Below the pieces are notes generated by a model. That model was given only the letters and a program-made list of their open reading frames with translations, was not told where the DNA came from and made no database searches. Shown piece by piece: positions 29,461 to 38,769 of a stretch of DNA of 64,000 nt. The DNA comes from an uncultured Clostridia bacterium. Its GTDB lineage: Bacteria; Bacillota; Clostridia; Christensenellales; UBA1242. The DNA lies in assembly GCA_944349765.1 (NCBI GenBank), contig CALVNN010000002.1:6039-70038 (forward strand), written 5' to 3'. The translations under genes were made by a program, and so were the position numbers. Each line of letters begins with the position of its first letter. The first letter of the stretch is position 1.

Positions 29461-30300
29461 TTAATTGTACGTCACTTCTTCTTCCAAAGTCTCGCCATTT
29501 TCTACTGACTCTTCATTATAATAAATATCTATCTCGTCAAATGTCGAAGCTTGCTCAATTCTTATAAATTGTCGTTTTAAAAGTTCTAACATTGCTAAGA
29601 AACAAATTATAACTTCACTCTTAGAATAATCATCATCAAACAATTCACTAAATTTGGTATGTTTTACATCTTCAAGTCTTGACCTAATATCCTCGATCTT
29701 CTCGGCTACAGTCCACCTATCCATTTCAATCTTTTTAGGTTCGGCACTTGCGACTTTTTCTTCCACTCTTACCAGTAAGTTAGCAAAAGCATCCAGCATT
29801 AAATCAAGCTTCATATCTTTTAGGACAATTCTAAAATCATTTGCAGATTTATCCGGTTCTTTATAAAAATGGTCGACATTTTCTATTTTAGTCAAGTCTT
29901 GACTCAATTCTTTAAACAGCTGATACTCTTTCAGTCGACGTCTCAACTCTTCTTCTTGGTCTATAACCTCTTCACCATCTTCCCCCTCAACCGTTTCGCT
30001 AGGTAAAAGATATTTAGATTTTATTTCCATAAGTGTAGCACCTATTTCAATGAAGCCACTGACTTCTTCAAGATCTAAGACCTCCATTTGCCTTATATGC
30101 TCTAAATATTGCTCAGTCAAATCCCCCAGTTTAACATCCTCAATGTCCATTTTGGATTCTTTGACTAATTGCAATAGCAAATCAAGTGGGCCTTCATACT
30201 CACCCATAATCACTTTGTAATTATCATAGCTAGATTGTTGTTCAGCTTCAGCTTGCCCGCCCGAAGATGCTACACTACCTTCAAATTCAATTTCATCCAT
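29461..30300 (-). CDS. scpA: Segregation and condensation protein A (kleisin)
   Basis: 279 aa with GPLDLLLQLV near the N-terminus and C-terminal FLAMLELLK. Confidence 0.9.
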   Translation of the reverse strand: MDEIEFEGSVASSGGQAEAEQQSSYDNYKVIMGEYEGPLDLLLQLVKESKMDIEDVKLGDLTEQYLEHIRQMEVLDLEEVSGFIEIGATLMEIKSKYLLPSETVEGEDGEEVIDQEEELRRRLKEYQLFKELSQDLTKIENVDHFYKEPDKSANDFRIVLKDMKLDLMLDAFANLLVRVEEKVASAEPKKIEMDRWTVAEKIEDIRSRLEDVKHTKFSELFDDDYSKSEVIICFLAMLELLKRQFIRIEQASTFDEIDIYYNEESVENGETLEEEVTYN

Positions 30301-30301
30301 C

Positions 30302-30973
30302 TTAAATCACTCCCAGTATGAGACCATACAAATTAAACAAAGGCGTTAAAATGTACTGGAACATTAAATTAATCACATAAGATATTACGCCAGTAATCAA
30401 TAAGATTAGCATAATCCACATACCATATTGTTGCATAAACATAAAAAATTTATTATACGGATTTTTTGACAACGCTCTTAAGGCATTGTATCCGTCTAGA
30501 GGATAAATAGGTATGAGGTTAAATATAGCAAGCACGAAAGGTGTCACACTTAAATACATCAAAAACACAGATAAAAATCTCAAAATTGCAACAGATTCAC
30601 TAGTCACAAAAAGCAAAGTCACAACATACAAAAATCCAAAAACCAGTGTCATCAATAAGTTAATAACTATACCAGCTAAGCTAACCTTGAGTTCGCTTTT
30701 ATTTCCGTTTTTAAAGTTGGCAGGATTGACAGGTACAGGCTTAGCCCAACCAAATCCAAATAAAATTAATAATAATGTGCCTAGTAGATCCAAATGCACC
30801 AAAGGGTTGATAGAAAGCCTACCTAAAGCTTTGGCTGTCGGATCACCTTCTTTATACGCGACATAAGCGTGTGCCCATTCATGCAAAGCAAACGCTATCA
30901 TAAGTGCCAAAACAAACGCACCGCCGTATATCAACAAGTCTAATCCTTGGTAGTTTCTTAAAATACTAATCAT
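30302..30973 (-). CDS. Site-2 protease family (peptidase M50) membrane metalloprotease
   Basis: HEWAHAY (HExxH) in a TM segment and a distal YPLDG motif. 223-aa polytopic protein. Confidence 0.75.
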   Translation of the reverse strand: MISILRNYQGLDLLIYGGAFVLALMIAFALHEWAHAYVAYKEGDPTAKALGRLSINPLVHLDLLGTLLLILFGFGWAKPVPVNPANFKNGNKSELKVSLAGIVINLLMTLVFGFLYVVTLLFVTSESVAILRFLSVFLMYLSVTPFVLAIFNLIPIYPLDGYNALRALSKNPYNKFFMFMQQYGMWIMLILLITGVISYVINLMFQYILTPLFNLYGLILGVI

Positions 30974-30990
30974 AAAAATCTCCTTGAGAT

Positions 30991-31019
30991 ATTATACACT
31001 AACTGACCTGAAAAATCAA
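30991..31019 (-). promoter_or_regulatory. Sigma-A type promoter for the M50-scpA-scpB unit: TTGATT-N17-TATAAT
   Basis: TTGATT (31019-31014), a 17-nt spacer, then TATAAT (30996-30991). Confidence 0.5.
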
Positions 31020-31100
31020 GGATTTGAATGTATTTAAGTCGTAAATTATAAAATTAAAAATCTATCTACATTAAGTAGCAAATAAAAACATAAAGTTATC

Positions 31101-31130
31101 AAAAAAATAAAAAAATCGGCACTAGCCGAT
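31101..31130 (-). terminator. Intrinsic terminator after the second DD-carboxypeptidase gene
   Basis: Minus strand reads ATCGGC-TAGT-GCCGAT followed by TTTTTTATTTTTTT. Confidence 0.7.
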
Positions 31131-31142
31131 CTTTAATTTTTA

Positions 31143-32288
31143 TTACCACAAATTAACAATATCAATGATATAATCTTTATAATTTTTCATATTCAAATCT
31201 TCTTTAGCCACCACACAAACTTCACCCACTACATCACCGTTTTGCAACACATATGCTTTGCCTATACATTCGTTAGCTTTTGCAGATTGATTTAAATCAT
31301 ACAACTCTATTTGATAAGTGGCATCAATTTCTTCATTCTTCGGTGCTACAATCCCATAATCAGATACAGCATATAATTCCACTTCACTAGGTTTCACCCT
31401 ATTATTATTTAATACTCCTATTGCTGTATCCTTACTAATTATCTTGTGATTTTCAAAATTTGCAAAGCCAAACTCAATTACATTTTTATTATCCTCAAAA
31501 CGATGCTGAGTGTTATCCGCACCTAAAACAACTGATATTAATTTCATATCATTTCGTTCAGCCATAAGGGTTAAACAATATCCAGCACTATCTGTAGTAC
31601 CAGTCTTGCCACCTATACATCCATCTAGTGTTCTAATTAGTTTATTCGTGTTAGCTATTTCTGTTACCCTGCCACTTGGATGTGTATATTCTTCTAGCCA
31701 AATCTTAGAATACTTTTGATAAAGTGGATGATTTAATACATATTTAGATATTGTTGCTACATCTTTAGCTGTAGAATATTGATCTTCCCTTAAGCCAGTG
31801 CTATCAGTATATAGTGTATTATTCAACCCTAGTACACTAGCTTTGGCGTTCATTTCCTTAACGAAAGCATCTTCATTACCGCTTATTGTCTCAGCTAAAA
31901 CCACGCTAGAATCATTAGCAGATGCTACTATTACACTTTTTAACAAGTCTGATACTTTGTGCTTTGAATTAGCATCTAAAAACAACTGCGAACCACCCAT
32001 ACTACAAGCATATTCGCTCGCAACCACTTCATCATCTAAAGAAATCTCTCCAGCATCAATATGATCAAAAACTATACATAAAGTCATAAGCTTAACTATA
32101 CTAGCAATAGGCAGTTTATGCTCAGAATCCTGCTCTGCTAATATACTCCCACTGTTAGCATCTATTAGTATCGCACTCTTACTATTTGGCGCTAATAGTT
32201 CATTAGCTCTAACCCCCATCAATGAGTTGCTAATGGTAAATGAAACTAGTAGTGCTAGACAAATACAAACCATTACAATCTTTTTCAT
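31143..32288 (-). CDS. D-alanyl-D-alanine carboxypeptidase (peptidase S11), second copy
   Basis: Signal peptide plus SxxK (ASIVK), SAN and KTG motifs, and a C-terminal PBP5_C-like domain. Confidence 0.8.
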   Translation of the reverse strand: MKKIVMVCICLALLVSFTISNSLMGVRANELLAPNSKSAILIDANSGSILAEQDSEHKLPIASIVKLMTLCIVFDHIDAGEISLDDEVVASEYACSMGGSQLFLDANSKHKVSDLLKSVIVASANDSSVVLAETISGNEDAFVKEMNAKASVLGLNNTLYTDSTGLREDQYSTAKDVATISKYVLNHPLYQKYSKIWLEEYTHPSGRVTEIANTNKLIRTLDGCIGGKTGTTDSAGYCLTLMAERNDMKLISVVLGADNTQHRFEDNKNVIEFGFANFENHKIISKDTAIGVLNNNRVKPSEVELYAVSDYGIVAPKNEEIDATYQIELYDLNQSAKANECIGKAYVLQNGDVVGEVCVVAKEDLNMKNYKDYIIDIVNLW

Positions 32289-32341
32289 ATTTTATACCTC
32301 TTACTTAACATTCATCTCTAGTATAAGTAAATTTAAAAAAT

Positions 32342-32968
32342 TTATTCAATTATAAATCTCATTACCACCATACTCACCAGCAATGCTTCAATTAATGATA
32401 TGATTATTAAGGCAATACAGTAAATAAGCAATAATTTCTGTGTTGTAAAACCATTATCAAAACAAAGTTTACCATACTTTTTAAATAGTATGCATCTACG
32501 AATAAATACACAACTACAATTGAAATACACTAGCATACTTATTAACCAACAAGGAATAAATATTATAATTCCACACACTACCCCGCTAAAGCCTAAGCAT
32601 AAAAATATTACTGTTATATTAAATCCTATTGTATAGCCTTTGTACAAAGTCAAAATACCAACTAAAGGTATCATCCAATTTTTTAAAGTAAAAAGTAAAA
32701 TAAGCATTATAAGGAAAATCGAATAAATGCATCTTAACAAAAAGAATACCAAAAAGGATATTTCATCATTAAAAAGTCTTAATAACACTGTATCCATCAA
32801 GATATCTATTTCTACAGTAGATACACCACATACCGTAAATACGCCAATTATTAAGCCTATTAAAAATAAAACAAGCAAAGACAAATAACATATCAAATTT
32901 TCTTTGATATGTCTTTTTACCATTTGAAAAAAATATGCTTTTCTTCTTTTTACAACATAGTTTGACAT
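32342..32968 (-). CDS. spoIIM: Stage II sporulation protein M
   Basis: 208 aa, about 5 TM segments. The N-terminal [32 protein letters not shown] parallels B. subtilis SpoIIM (recalled from memory) [38 protein letters not shown] parallels LKGVVVGF. Confidence 0.7.
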   Translation of the reverse strand: [208 protein letters not shown]

Positions 32969-33000
32969 ATATCATTATATGCATGCAAATATGTAAATAT

Positions 33001-34245
33001 CTAATTATTTAACATCCAATCAATATATATACCAAAACCTTTTGTTGGGTCATTTACAAACACGTGAGTTACAGCACCTATAATCTTTCCATCTTGAATT
33101 ATAGGACTACCGCTCATCCCTTGCACAATACCGCCTGTCTTTTCCAAAAGTTCTTTATCAGTAACTCGTATTACCATACTTCTATCATTACTGCTCTTTT
33201 GATAATTTGTTTTTATTATTTCTATATCATACTCATTTATAGCACTACCATTTATGCAACATAAAATCTTTGCCTTACCAGGCTTAGCGGTTAGTCGCCC
33301 ACCTATCTTATATGTTTGCCCGTTATTCAAGGCACTGTCTACATTAATTGTACCAAACACACCATACTTATTGTTTTTTTCTATTTCACCTTGTTCATTC
33401 TTACCCGCAACAAATAATCCACGTAACTCGCCTGTGCGACCTCTTTCACCTTTGTTTACACCAATTACATCACACTCGTATATGCTTCCTCCGACTATCT
33501 CCATACACTCATTGCCATCACCTTCACATATACCATGTCCCAAGGCGCCAAATCTACCATTATCTTTTCTTATGTAAGTCAAAGTACCCACACCAGTAGC
33601 GTCCTCTCGAACCCATATACCTAATTTGTATCTATTTGTTATGTACTCTTTTACAGCTGTCACTTCACCATCAATCTCGACGCCATTTCTAATTGCTTTT
33701 ACCTTCAATGGTTCACCATTATAAACATCATTTGCTAATAAAGCGTCTATATCTTCCATTGTCATAACTTTAGTGTCATTGATACTAACTATTCTATCCC
33801 CAACCTTAAATGTGGAATTTTCAAATGGATTAATATTGCCATCAGCAGTAACCACATCGTTAAATTCTACTATTATAACACCATTACATTTAAGTGAAAA
33901 TCCCAGAGCATTCCCACCTGCTATAACTTCATTATTTTTTACTATATTTACATCAACTTCCCTAAGCGTTATCAAATTGAATAATTTTATATTTAGTTTT
34001 GACATATCTATGTCTTCATTTAACTCAGCTCTAGTAGCTGCAGACACTCCGTCTTCCAATTCAAAAGACAAATACTTACTCAACACATTATTTTCATTAG
34101 CTTCTTCAATTTCCTCATAAGTAGTGTACATATTATTCGGTAATGAATAAATAAAATCGTACGGAAGCGAAGCTATTATGAAACTTGCAAAAAACAAAAA
34201 GACCAAAAAGAAAATCTTTAATGATCGACTTAAAAATTTATTCAT
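33001..34245 (-). CDS. spoIVB: SpoIVB peptidase (S55)
   Basis: 414 aa with a signal anchor, a PDZ-like region and S55 catalytic motifs GTLTYI, GALGHGI and GMSGSPI. Confidence 0.9.
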   Translation of the reverse strand: MNKFLSRSLKIFFLVFLFFASFIIASLPYDFIYSLPNNMYTTYEEIEEANENNVLSKYLSFELEDGVSAATRAELNEDIDMSKLNIKLFNLITLREVDVNIVKNNEVIAGGNALGFSLKCNGVIIVEFNDVVTADGNINPFENSTFKVGDRIVSINDTKVMTMEDIDALLANDVYNGEPLKVKAIRNGVEIDGEVTAVKEYITNRYKLGIWVREDATGVGTLTYIRKDNGRFGALGHGICEGDGNECMEIVGGSIYECDVIGVNKGERGRTGELRGLFVAGKNEQGEIEKNNKYGVFGTINVDSALNNGQTYKIGGRLTAKPGKAKILCCINGSAINEYDIEIIKTNYQKSSNDRSMVIRVTDKELLEKTGGIVQGMSGSPIIQDGKIIGAVTHVFVNDPTKGFGIYIDWMLNN

Positions 34246-34265
34246 AAAAAACCACTCCTTACGAG

Positions 34266-34294
34266 TAGTTTAAATCGAATTAAGTTAATTATTC
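34266..34294 (-). promoter_or_regulatory. Possible forespore (sigma-G/F-like) promoter upstream of spoIVB
   Basis: Minus strand reads GAATAA (34294-34289), a 17-nt spacer, then AAACTA (34271-34266). This only partly matches the GnATR-N17/18-CAtnnTA consensus. Confidence 0.25.
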
Positions 34295-34314
34295 AAAAAT
34301 TAGTTGACAATATT

Positions 34315-36000
34315 TTACTCTTTTTTTAATTGAGACGCTCTATTTCTTAAGTCTTTAGCGTAAATAAGGGAACTTTCACTATCTTTTAATCCACTCAATC
34401 TTATAAGTTCCTCTATCACTCCAGCCTCATCAATTTTATCAATTGACGTTATAGTCTGGCCATCATCCACATATTTTTTGATAAGGTAATTATTATCACC
34501 CATAGCCACAATCTGAGGAAGATGCGAAATAACAATGACTTGATTATTTTTGGAAATGTTAGCCAATTTATTAGCGACTTTAGAACCGACATCGCCACTA
34601 ATTCCGGCATCTATCTCATCAAATATAAGTGTAGATATAGCGTCTTTTACAGCAACAACATTCTTATACGCTAGCATAAATCTTGATAATTCACCACCGC
34701 TAATGACCTTAGCTAGTGATTTCAAAGGCTCACCAACATTTGCACTGAACAAAAATTCAACCTCGTCTTGTCCACTATTATTTGGCTCCCTTTCTTCAAA
34801 GTTGATTTTAAAACTAGCTCCTTTCATATTTAGATCAGCAAGCTCTTTTAGAATTCCCTGTTCCATTTGAGTTGCGACCCTTTTCCTAATATCAGTTAGT
34901 TTCTGACAAGCACTCTTTAATTGAATATCAATCACAGCCCTATCAGCCTGCAAACGCTCTATAATTTTTTCATTATTTACAATTTCATCTATTTTTACCA
35001 AAGCATTTTTATGGTATTCATTTATACTATGTAAGTCAGCCCCATATTTTTTCCTTAAGCTTGCATACAAGTCTAATCTAGCTTCAATAGACTCCAACTC
35101 ATCTTGATTATAGTACAAACCATCAGCAAGCGACCTTGATGTATCGACAATATCCTCAATCTCTAAGGACGCACTATTAAGTCTTTCATATAAGTCTTGA
35201 TATTCCACATCAATATCACTAATTGTTTCAAGTGCATGAGTACATTCCCTCAGCAAACCCAATAATCCAATATCAGCATATTCATCAGCAATAAGTGTAA
35301 GCTTATTTAAGTTACTTGCTATTTTTTCTACAGATAACATCTTTTCTTTTTGAGATTTTAAGTCGTCTTCCTCGCCATCTTTAAGATTAGCTCGCTCAAT
35401 TTCGTCTACCTGGTAATTTAACAGTTCAAGCACTCTAGCCCTTTCCCCAGGCTCCGAATAGCATTCGCTTAGCCTCTCATCAATATCTTTTCGTTTAGCT
35501 AGAAGCTCAGATATTTCTTGTTTTGGTTCAATCACCAAATCACCAGCTATAGAATCTAAAATATTTAGATGCTCTTTTACATTTAATAAGGAGTATAAAT
35601 CAAACTGACCATATATATCCACCAGCGTCGAAGTAATAGTTTTCAACATTGTTTGAGTTATTAAACCACCATTAGCTCTAATTTCCGACTTTCCATCTAT
35701 ATTTAGAGTACGTACTACAATCAGGTAGTCACATCGCTCCACACCTAAGTCATCTAAAACTTTAAGCGTCTTTTCTTTTAAATCATCAAAAGCGATTTCA
35801 ACTCTAAGTTCACTCTCACCATTCCTGATATTTTGTTTATCCGAACGAGCACCCAAAGCAAAACTTATAGCATTCAAAATAATACTTTTACCAGCGCCAG
35901 TCTCTCCAGACAATACATTCAGACCCTTACCCCATTCAATCTCATAAGAGCGTATTAATGCAAAATTTTTAATCTTAATATATCTTAACATACTCTCCAC
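34315..36000 (-). CDS. recN: DNA repair protein RecN
   Basis: 561 aa with Walker A GETGAGKS, a long coiled coil, the signature SGGELSR and Walker B LIFDEIDAG. Confidence 0.95.
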   Translation of the reverse strand: MESMLRYIKIKNFALIRSYEIEWGKGLNVLSGETGAGKSIILNAISFALGARSDKQNIRNGESELRVEIAFDDLKEKTLKVLDDLGVERCDYLIVVRTLNIDGKSEIRANGGLITQTMLKTITSTLVDIYGQFDLYSLLNVKEHLNILDSIAGDLVIEPKQEISELLAKRKDIDERLSECYSEPGERARVLELLNYQVDEIERANLKDGEEDDLKSQKEKMLSVEKIASNLNKLTLIADEYADIGLLGLLRECTHALETISDIDVEYQDLYERLNSASLEIEDIVDTSRSLADGLYYNQDELESIEARLDLYASLRKKYGADLHSINEYHKNALVKIDEIVNNEKIIERLQADRAVIDIQLKSACQKLTDIRKRVATQMEQGILKELADLNMKGASFKINFEEREPNNSGQDEVEFLFSANVGEPLKSLAKVISGGELSRFMLAYKNVVAVKDAISTLIFDEIDAGISGDVGSKVANKLANISKNNQVIVISHLPQIVAMGDNNYLIKKYVDDGQTITSIDKIDEAGVIEELIRLSGLKDSESSLIYAKDLRNRASQLKKE

Positions 36001-36002
36001 CC

Positions 36003-36461
36003 TTAAGAATACATTAAGCGACTTACAGCGTTGCTAGCCAAATTTGAATGAGCGATATCTTCAAAATATAAAGTAACGGTATCTTCACCATACACCGAAC
36101 CAATAATATCTTCAATACCCAATTTATCTATAAAGGAATTGACAGCACTAGCAAGTCCTTTAATAGTTTTTATCATTAGCACATTGTTCATAAGACGAAA
36201 ACTCAATACGCTTTCCTTAAATATATTAATGTACTTACTTGATATATTTTGTTCAGTAGCAGATTCCACATAAGCGTACTTATATTTTTTATTAGGTGAC
36301 ATAATTTTAATAAGTCCCAATTCCTTAATATCTCGACTTATAGTAGCTTGAGTTATATCAAAATTAGCTTGCTTTAATAGCTCAACTAATTCTTCTTGTT
36401 TCTCAATTTCGTGTGTACTTATAAGCTCTAATATCTTTGATTGTCTCACACTTCTAGCCAT
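36003..36461 (-). CDS. argR: Arginine repressor
   Basis: 152 aa with an N-terminal winged helix (TQATISRDIKELGLIK) and a C-terminal oligomerisation domain (GSVYGEDT-like GTIAGDDT position). GAGAGGTGA RBS. Confidence 0.9.
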   Translation of the reverse strand: MARSVRQSKILELISTHEIEKQEELVELLKQANFDITQATISRDIKELGLIKIMSPNKKYKYAYVESATEQNISSKYINIFKESVLSFRLMNNVLMIKTIKGLASAVNSFIDKLGIEDIIGSVYGEDTVTLYFEDIAHSNLASNAVSRLMYS

Positions 36462-36497
36462 AATATCACCTCTCTTAAATATTAATTAAGCAAGGTA

Positions 36498-36526
36498 ATT
36501 ATACATAATTTTTTATATTTATGCAA
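36498..36526 (-). promoter_or_regulatory. argR promoter: TTGCAT-N17-TATAAT, with the -35 box inside an ARG half-site
   Basis: TTGCAT (36526-36521), a 17-nt spacer, then TATAAT (36503-36498). Confidence 0.5.
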
Positions 36527-36610
36527 GTACTTTTGCATAAATATTCATAAACTTTTTTATAAATATACTGCATATACAATGCATATTTATACAATGAATA
36601 TTTATGCAAA
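36511..36610. promoter_or_regulatory. Array of ARG boxes (ArgR operators)
   Basis: AATGAATATTTATGCAAA (36593-36610) matches the E. coli ARG box WNTGAATWWWWATTCANW at 17 of 18 positions, and the one deviation fits the B. subtilis ATKCAA variant. TTTGCATAAATATTCATA (36532-36549) is its inverted copy. The 12-mer ATATTTATGCAA occurs three times (36515-26, inverted at 36533-44, 36598-609). More half-site-like TGCATAT repeats lie at 36570-36625. Confidence 0.65.
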
Positions 36611-36671
36611 TTATGCATATAATCCATTATTTTGAGTGTTTTATGTTATACAAACACTATATGTGGTATAT

Positions 36672-37265
36672 TTATTTAAATATTGTATTAATTACACGCC
36701 CCACAATTAATAATATTTTTTCGGATTTATTCACAGCTAGTCCCTTTTCGATTGATTTACCAAAAATAGTTAAGCCTGCTATCACCCCACTAACCAAAGC
36801 ACTTACAAGAATAGTCAAACTAGCATCAGCCCCCTCGCCTATAAACTTAGTTACTATAGCAGCACCTGCTGCCCCGCATAGCACACCACAAACATCACCT
36901 ACGATATCACAACAAATCACAGAAACTTTCTCCGCGTTTTTAACAAATATCATAGCTTCTTTAGCACCCCTAACCTTGCTTGCTATCATCTCATTAAGAA
37001 CCTTATCATCACAAGCAGTTGTAGCCACTCCCACACAGTCGAAAGCAATTCCGATAAGCATCAATATAATTATAACAAGTAAAGCGACAAACAATGAAGC
37101 CGTAGTTAGAGCCACTTCACTTAACACCGAAAACATAATAGAAAGTGCAAGTGTAAGCAAAAGAACCTTTATACACCAACCCCAATTTATTATATTGTTT
37201 TTACGCATACTACGCACCTGCTGGACACGAGGCTTAGTATTTTTTCTTAACTTATTATCCTTCAT
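36672..37265 (-). CDS. Small polytopic membrane protein, possibly a stand-alone CNNM/DUF21-like transmembrane domain
   Basis: 197 aa with 3-4 TM segments. The spacing pattern resembles DUF21 (…DCVGVATTACDDKVLNEMIASKVRGAKEA…IFGKSIEKGLAVNKSEKI…), but there are no CBS or CorC domains. AAGGTGA RBS. The long antisense ORF at 36604-37278 is judged a shadow. Confidence 0.4.
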   Translation of the reverse strand: MKDNKLRKNTKPRVQQVRSMRKNNIINWGWCIKVLLLTLALSIMFSVLSEVALTTASLFVALLVIIILMLIGIAFDCVGVATTACDDKVLNEMIASKVRGAKEAMIFVKNAEKVSVICCDIVGDVCGVLCGAAGAAIVTKFIGEGADASLTILVSALVSGVIAGLTIFGKSIEKGLAVNKSEKILLIVGRVINTIFK

Positions 37266-37279
37266 TAATCACCTTTGAT

Positions 37280-37309
37280 AAAAAAAATAAATCCTTTATA
37301 TTAGGATTT
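37280..37309 (-). terminator. Intrinsic terminator after xseB
   Basis: Minus strand reads AAATCCT-AATATAA-AGGATTT followed by ATTTTTTT. Confidence 0.5.
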
Positions 37310-37363
37310 ATAACTAGTATTATTATATTGTTTTATATATATTTGTAGAACATCTTTGAATAA

Positions 37364-37570
37364 TTATTTCATCTCTTCTTCTACATAAACATCTGCGTCT
37401 TGTTTGATTTGCATCAACTTACCTTTTTGATTAGACAATTCTTCTAAAAGCCTCTTGCGACACTGCGAAGCTTCCTCAAACAACTTTATGCTCTCATCCA
37501 GCCCCTTTTCACCAGCTTCTAATATTGCCACTATTTCAGCAAGTCTCTTATAATCATCTTCGAAACTCAT
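37364..37570 (-). CDS. xseB: Exodeoxyribonuclease VII small subunit
   Basis: 68-aa helical protein (LEEIVAxLE-like LAEIVAILEAGE) immediately after xseA. Confidence 0.9.
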   Translation of the reverse strand: MSFEDDYKRLAEIVAILEAGEKGLDESIKLFEEASQCRKRLLEELSNQKGKLMQIKQDADVYVEEEMK

Positions 37571-37572
37571 AT

Positions 37573-38769
37573 TTACTCTCCCTTTATTTTAGACGTCACC
37601 GCTATAAAGCTACCATCTTTTAAGTCTATTACGACCTCATCATTTACAGACACATCATTAATACTTACTACCACTCTGCTTCCATTAGTAACCTTCGCAT
37701 AACCTTTATCCAGTATAGCGCTAGGATTAAGAGCCTCTAAACTTTTACTGAGTACAAGCAAATTTGTATTTACATTTTCAATTTTCATATTTAAAGCATT
37801 GAAGGCTTTGGTAAATAAATTATCTATAAAGTGCCTTTTTTGAACCAATATGGTTTGATAAATTAGCCCTAGTTTTTCAAAGTAAGCATTTATTTTATTT
37901 TCCAAAATTTTATATCTTGAACTAAGAGCATTTTCCATCCTCAAAAGCATTTTATTGAGCTCTTCTATAACTGACACTCTGTCTATTACAGCGAGCTCCG
38001 CAGCCGCAGATGGAGTCGGAGCTCTTAGATCCGCCACAAAATCTATAATACTAAAGTCCGTTTCATGACCTACAGCAGAAATTATCGGTTTCTTACAGTT
38101 AAAACAAGCTCTAGCAACTATTTCTGTATTAAAAGGCATCAAGTCCTCAAAAGACCCACCACCTCTAGCAACTATAACAACATCTACGCTGTCATAATCG
38201 CTAAAAAAATTGATACCCTTTGCTATCTGCTCCTCAGCACCTATCCCTTGCACTTTGACCGGATACAACACAATATCAACAGCATCATTGCGCCGTTTTG
38301 TAATGTTTATAATATCTTGTATTACCGCTCCCGTGCTTGATGAAACAACACCTATACGTCGGACTATTTTAGGTATAGGTTGCTTGTACTTAATATCAAA
38401 AAGCCCCTCATCACTAAGCTTTTGCTTTAGCTCTAGGTATTTTTGATATAGAACACCCTTACCATACGGTACCACATTCCTAGCAATAAAAGTCAATCTT
38501 CCGCCCTTTACATAAAATTGTGGTGTTCCTGTCAAAAGTACCTGCTCTCCATTTATAAGGACTCCCTTGTATGTGGTGCCAAACACCATACATTGAATAA
38601 GAGCGTTCTCATCTTTTATATTGAAATATATATTACCATTTGACACACTAACGTTACTAACTTCACCATACATCTTGATATTATGTAAGAGCTCTTCGGC
38701 ATTAAAAATTCTATATATGTACTCGCTAATCTGAGATACAGTAAATATTAGCTCACTCATCTTTGCCAC
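37573..38769 (-). CDS. xseA: Exodeoxyribonuclease VII large subunit
   Basis: 398 aa with an N-terminal OB fold (GEVSN...GNIYFNIKD), the catalytic region RGGGS.EDL and GHETD. Confidence 0.9.
   Translation of the reverse strand: MAKMSELIFTVSQISEYIYRIFNAEELLHNIKMYGEVSNVSVSNGNIYFNIKDENALIQCMVFGTTYKGVLINGEQVLLTGTPQFYVKGGRLTFIARNVVPYGKGVLYQKYLELKQKLSDEGLFDIKYKQPIPKIVRRIGVVSSSTGAVIQDIINITKRRNDAVDIVLYPVKVQGIGAEEQIAKGINFFSDYDSVDVVIVARGGGSFEDLMPFNTEIVARACFNCKKPIISAVGHETDFSIIDFVADLRAPTPSAAAELAVIDRVSVIEELNKMLLRMENALSSRYKILENKINAYFEKLGLIYQTILVQKRHFIDNLFTKAFNALNMKIENVNTNLLVLSKSLEALNPSAILDKGYAKVTNGSRVVVSINDVSVNDEVVIDLKDGSFIAVTSKIKGE

Noticed and set aside
32769-32984. 71-aa minus-strand ORF overlapping the 5' part of spoIIM in another frame. 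Similarly 50052-50261 inside infB.
   Set aside because: These are alternative frames of strongly supported genes, with no independent start signals.
36604-37278. 224-aa plus-strand ORF exactly antisense to the 197-aa membrane protein gene
   Set aside because: Its S/T/P/A-rich, motif-free translation is typical of the antisense frame of a GC-richer Ala/Gly/Val-rich membrane gene. It has no RBS. The minus-strand ORF has an AAGGTGA RBS, TM-segment periodicity, and fits the operon polarity.
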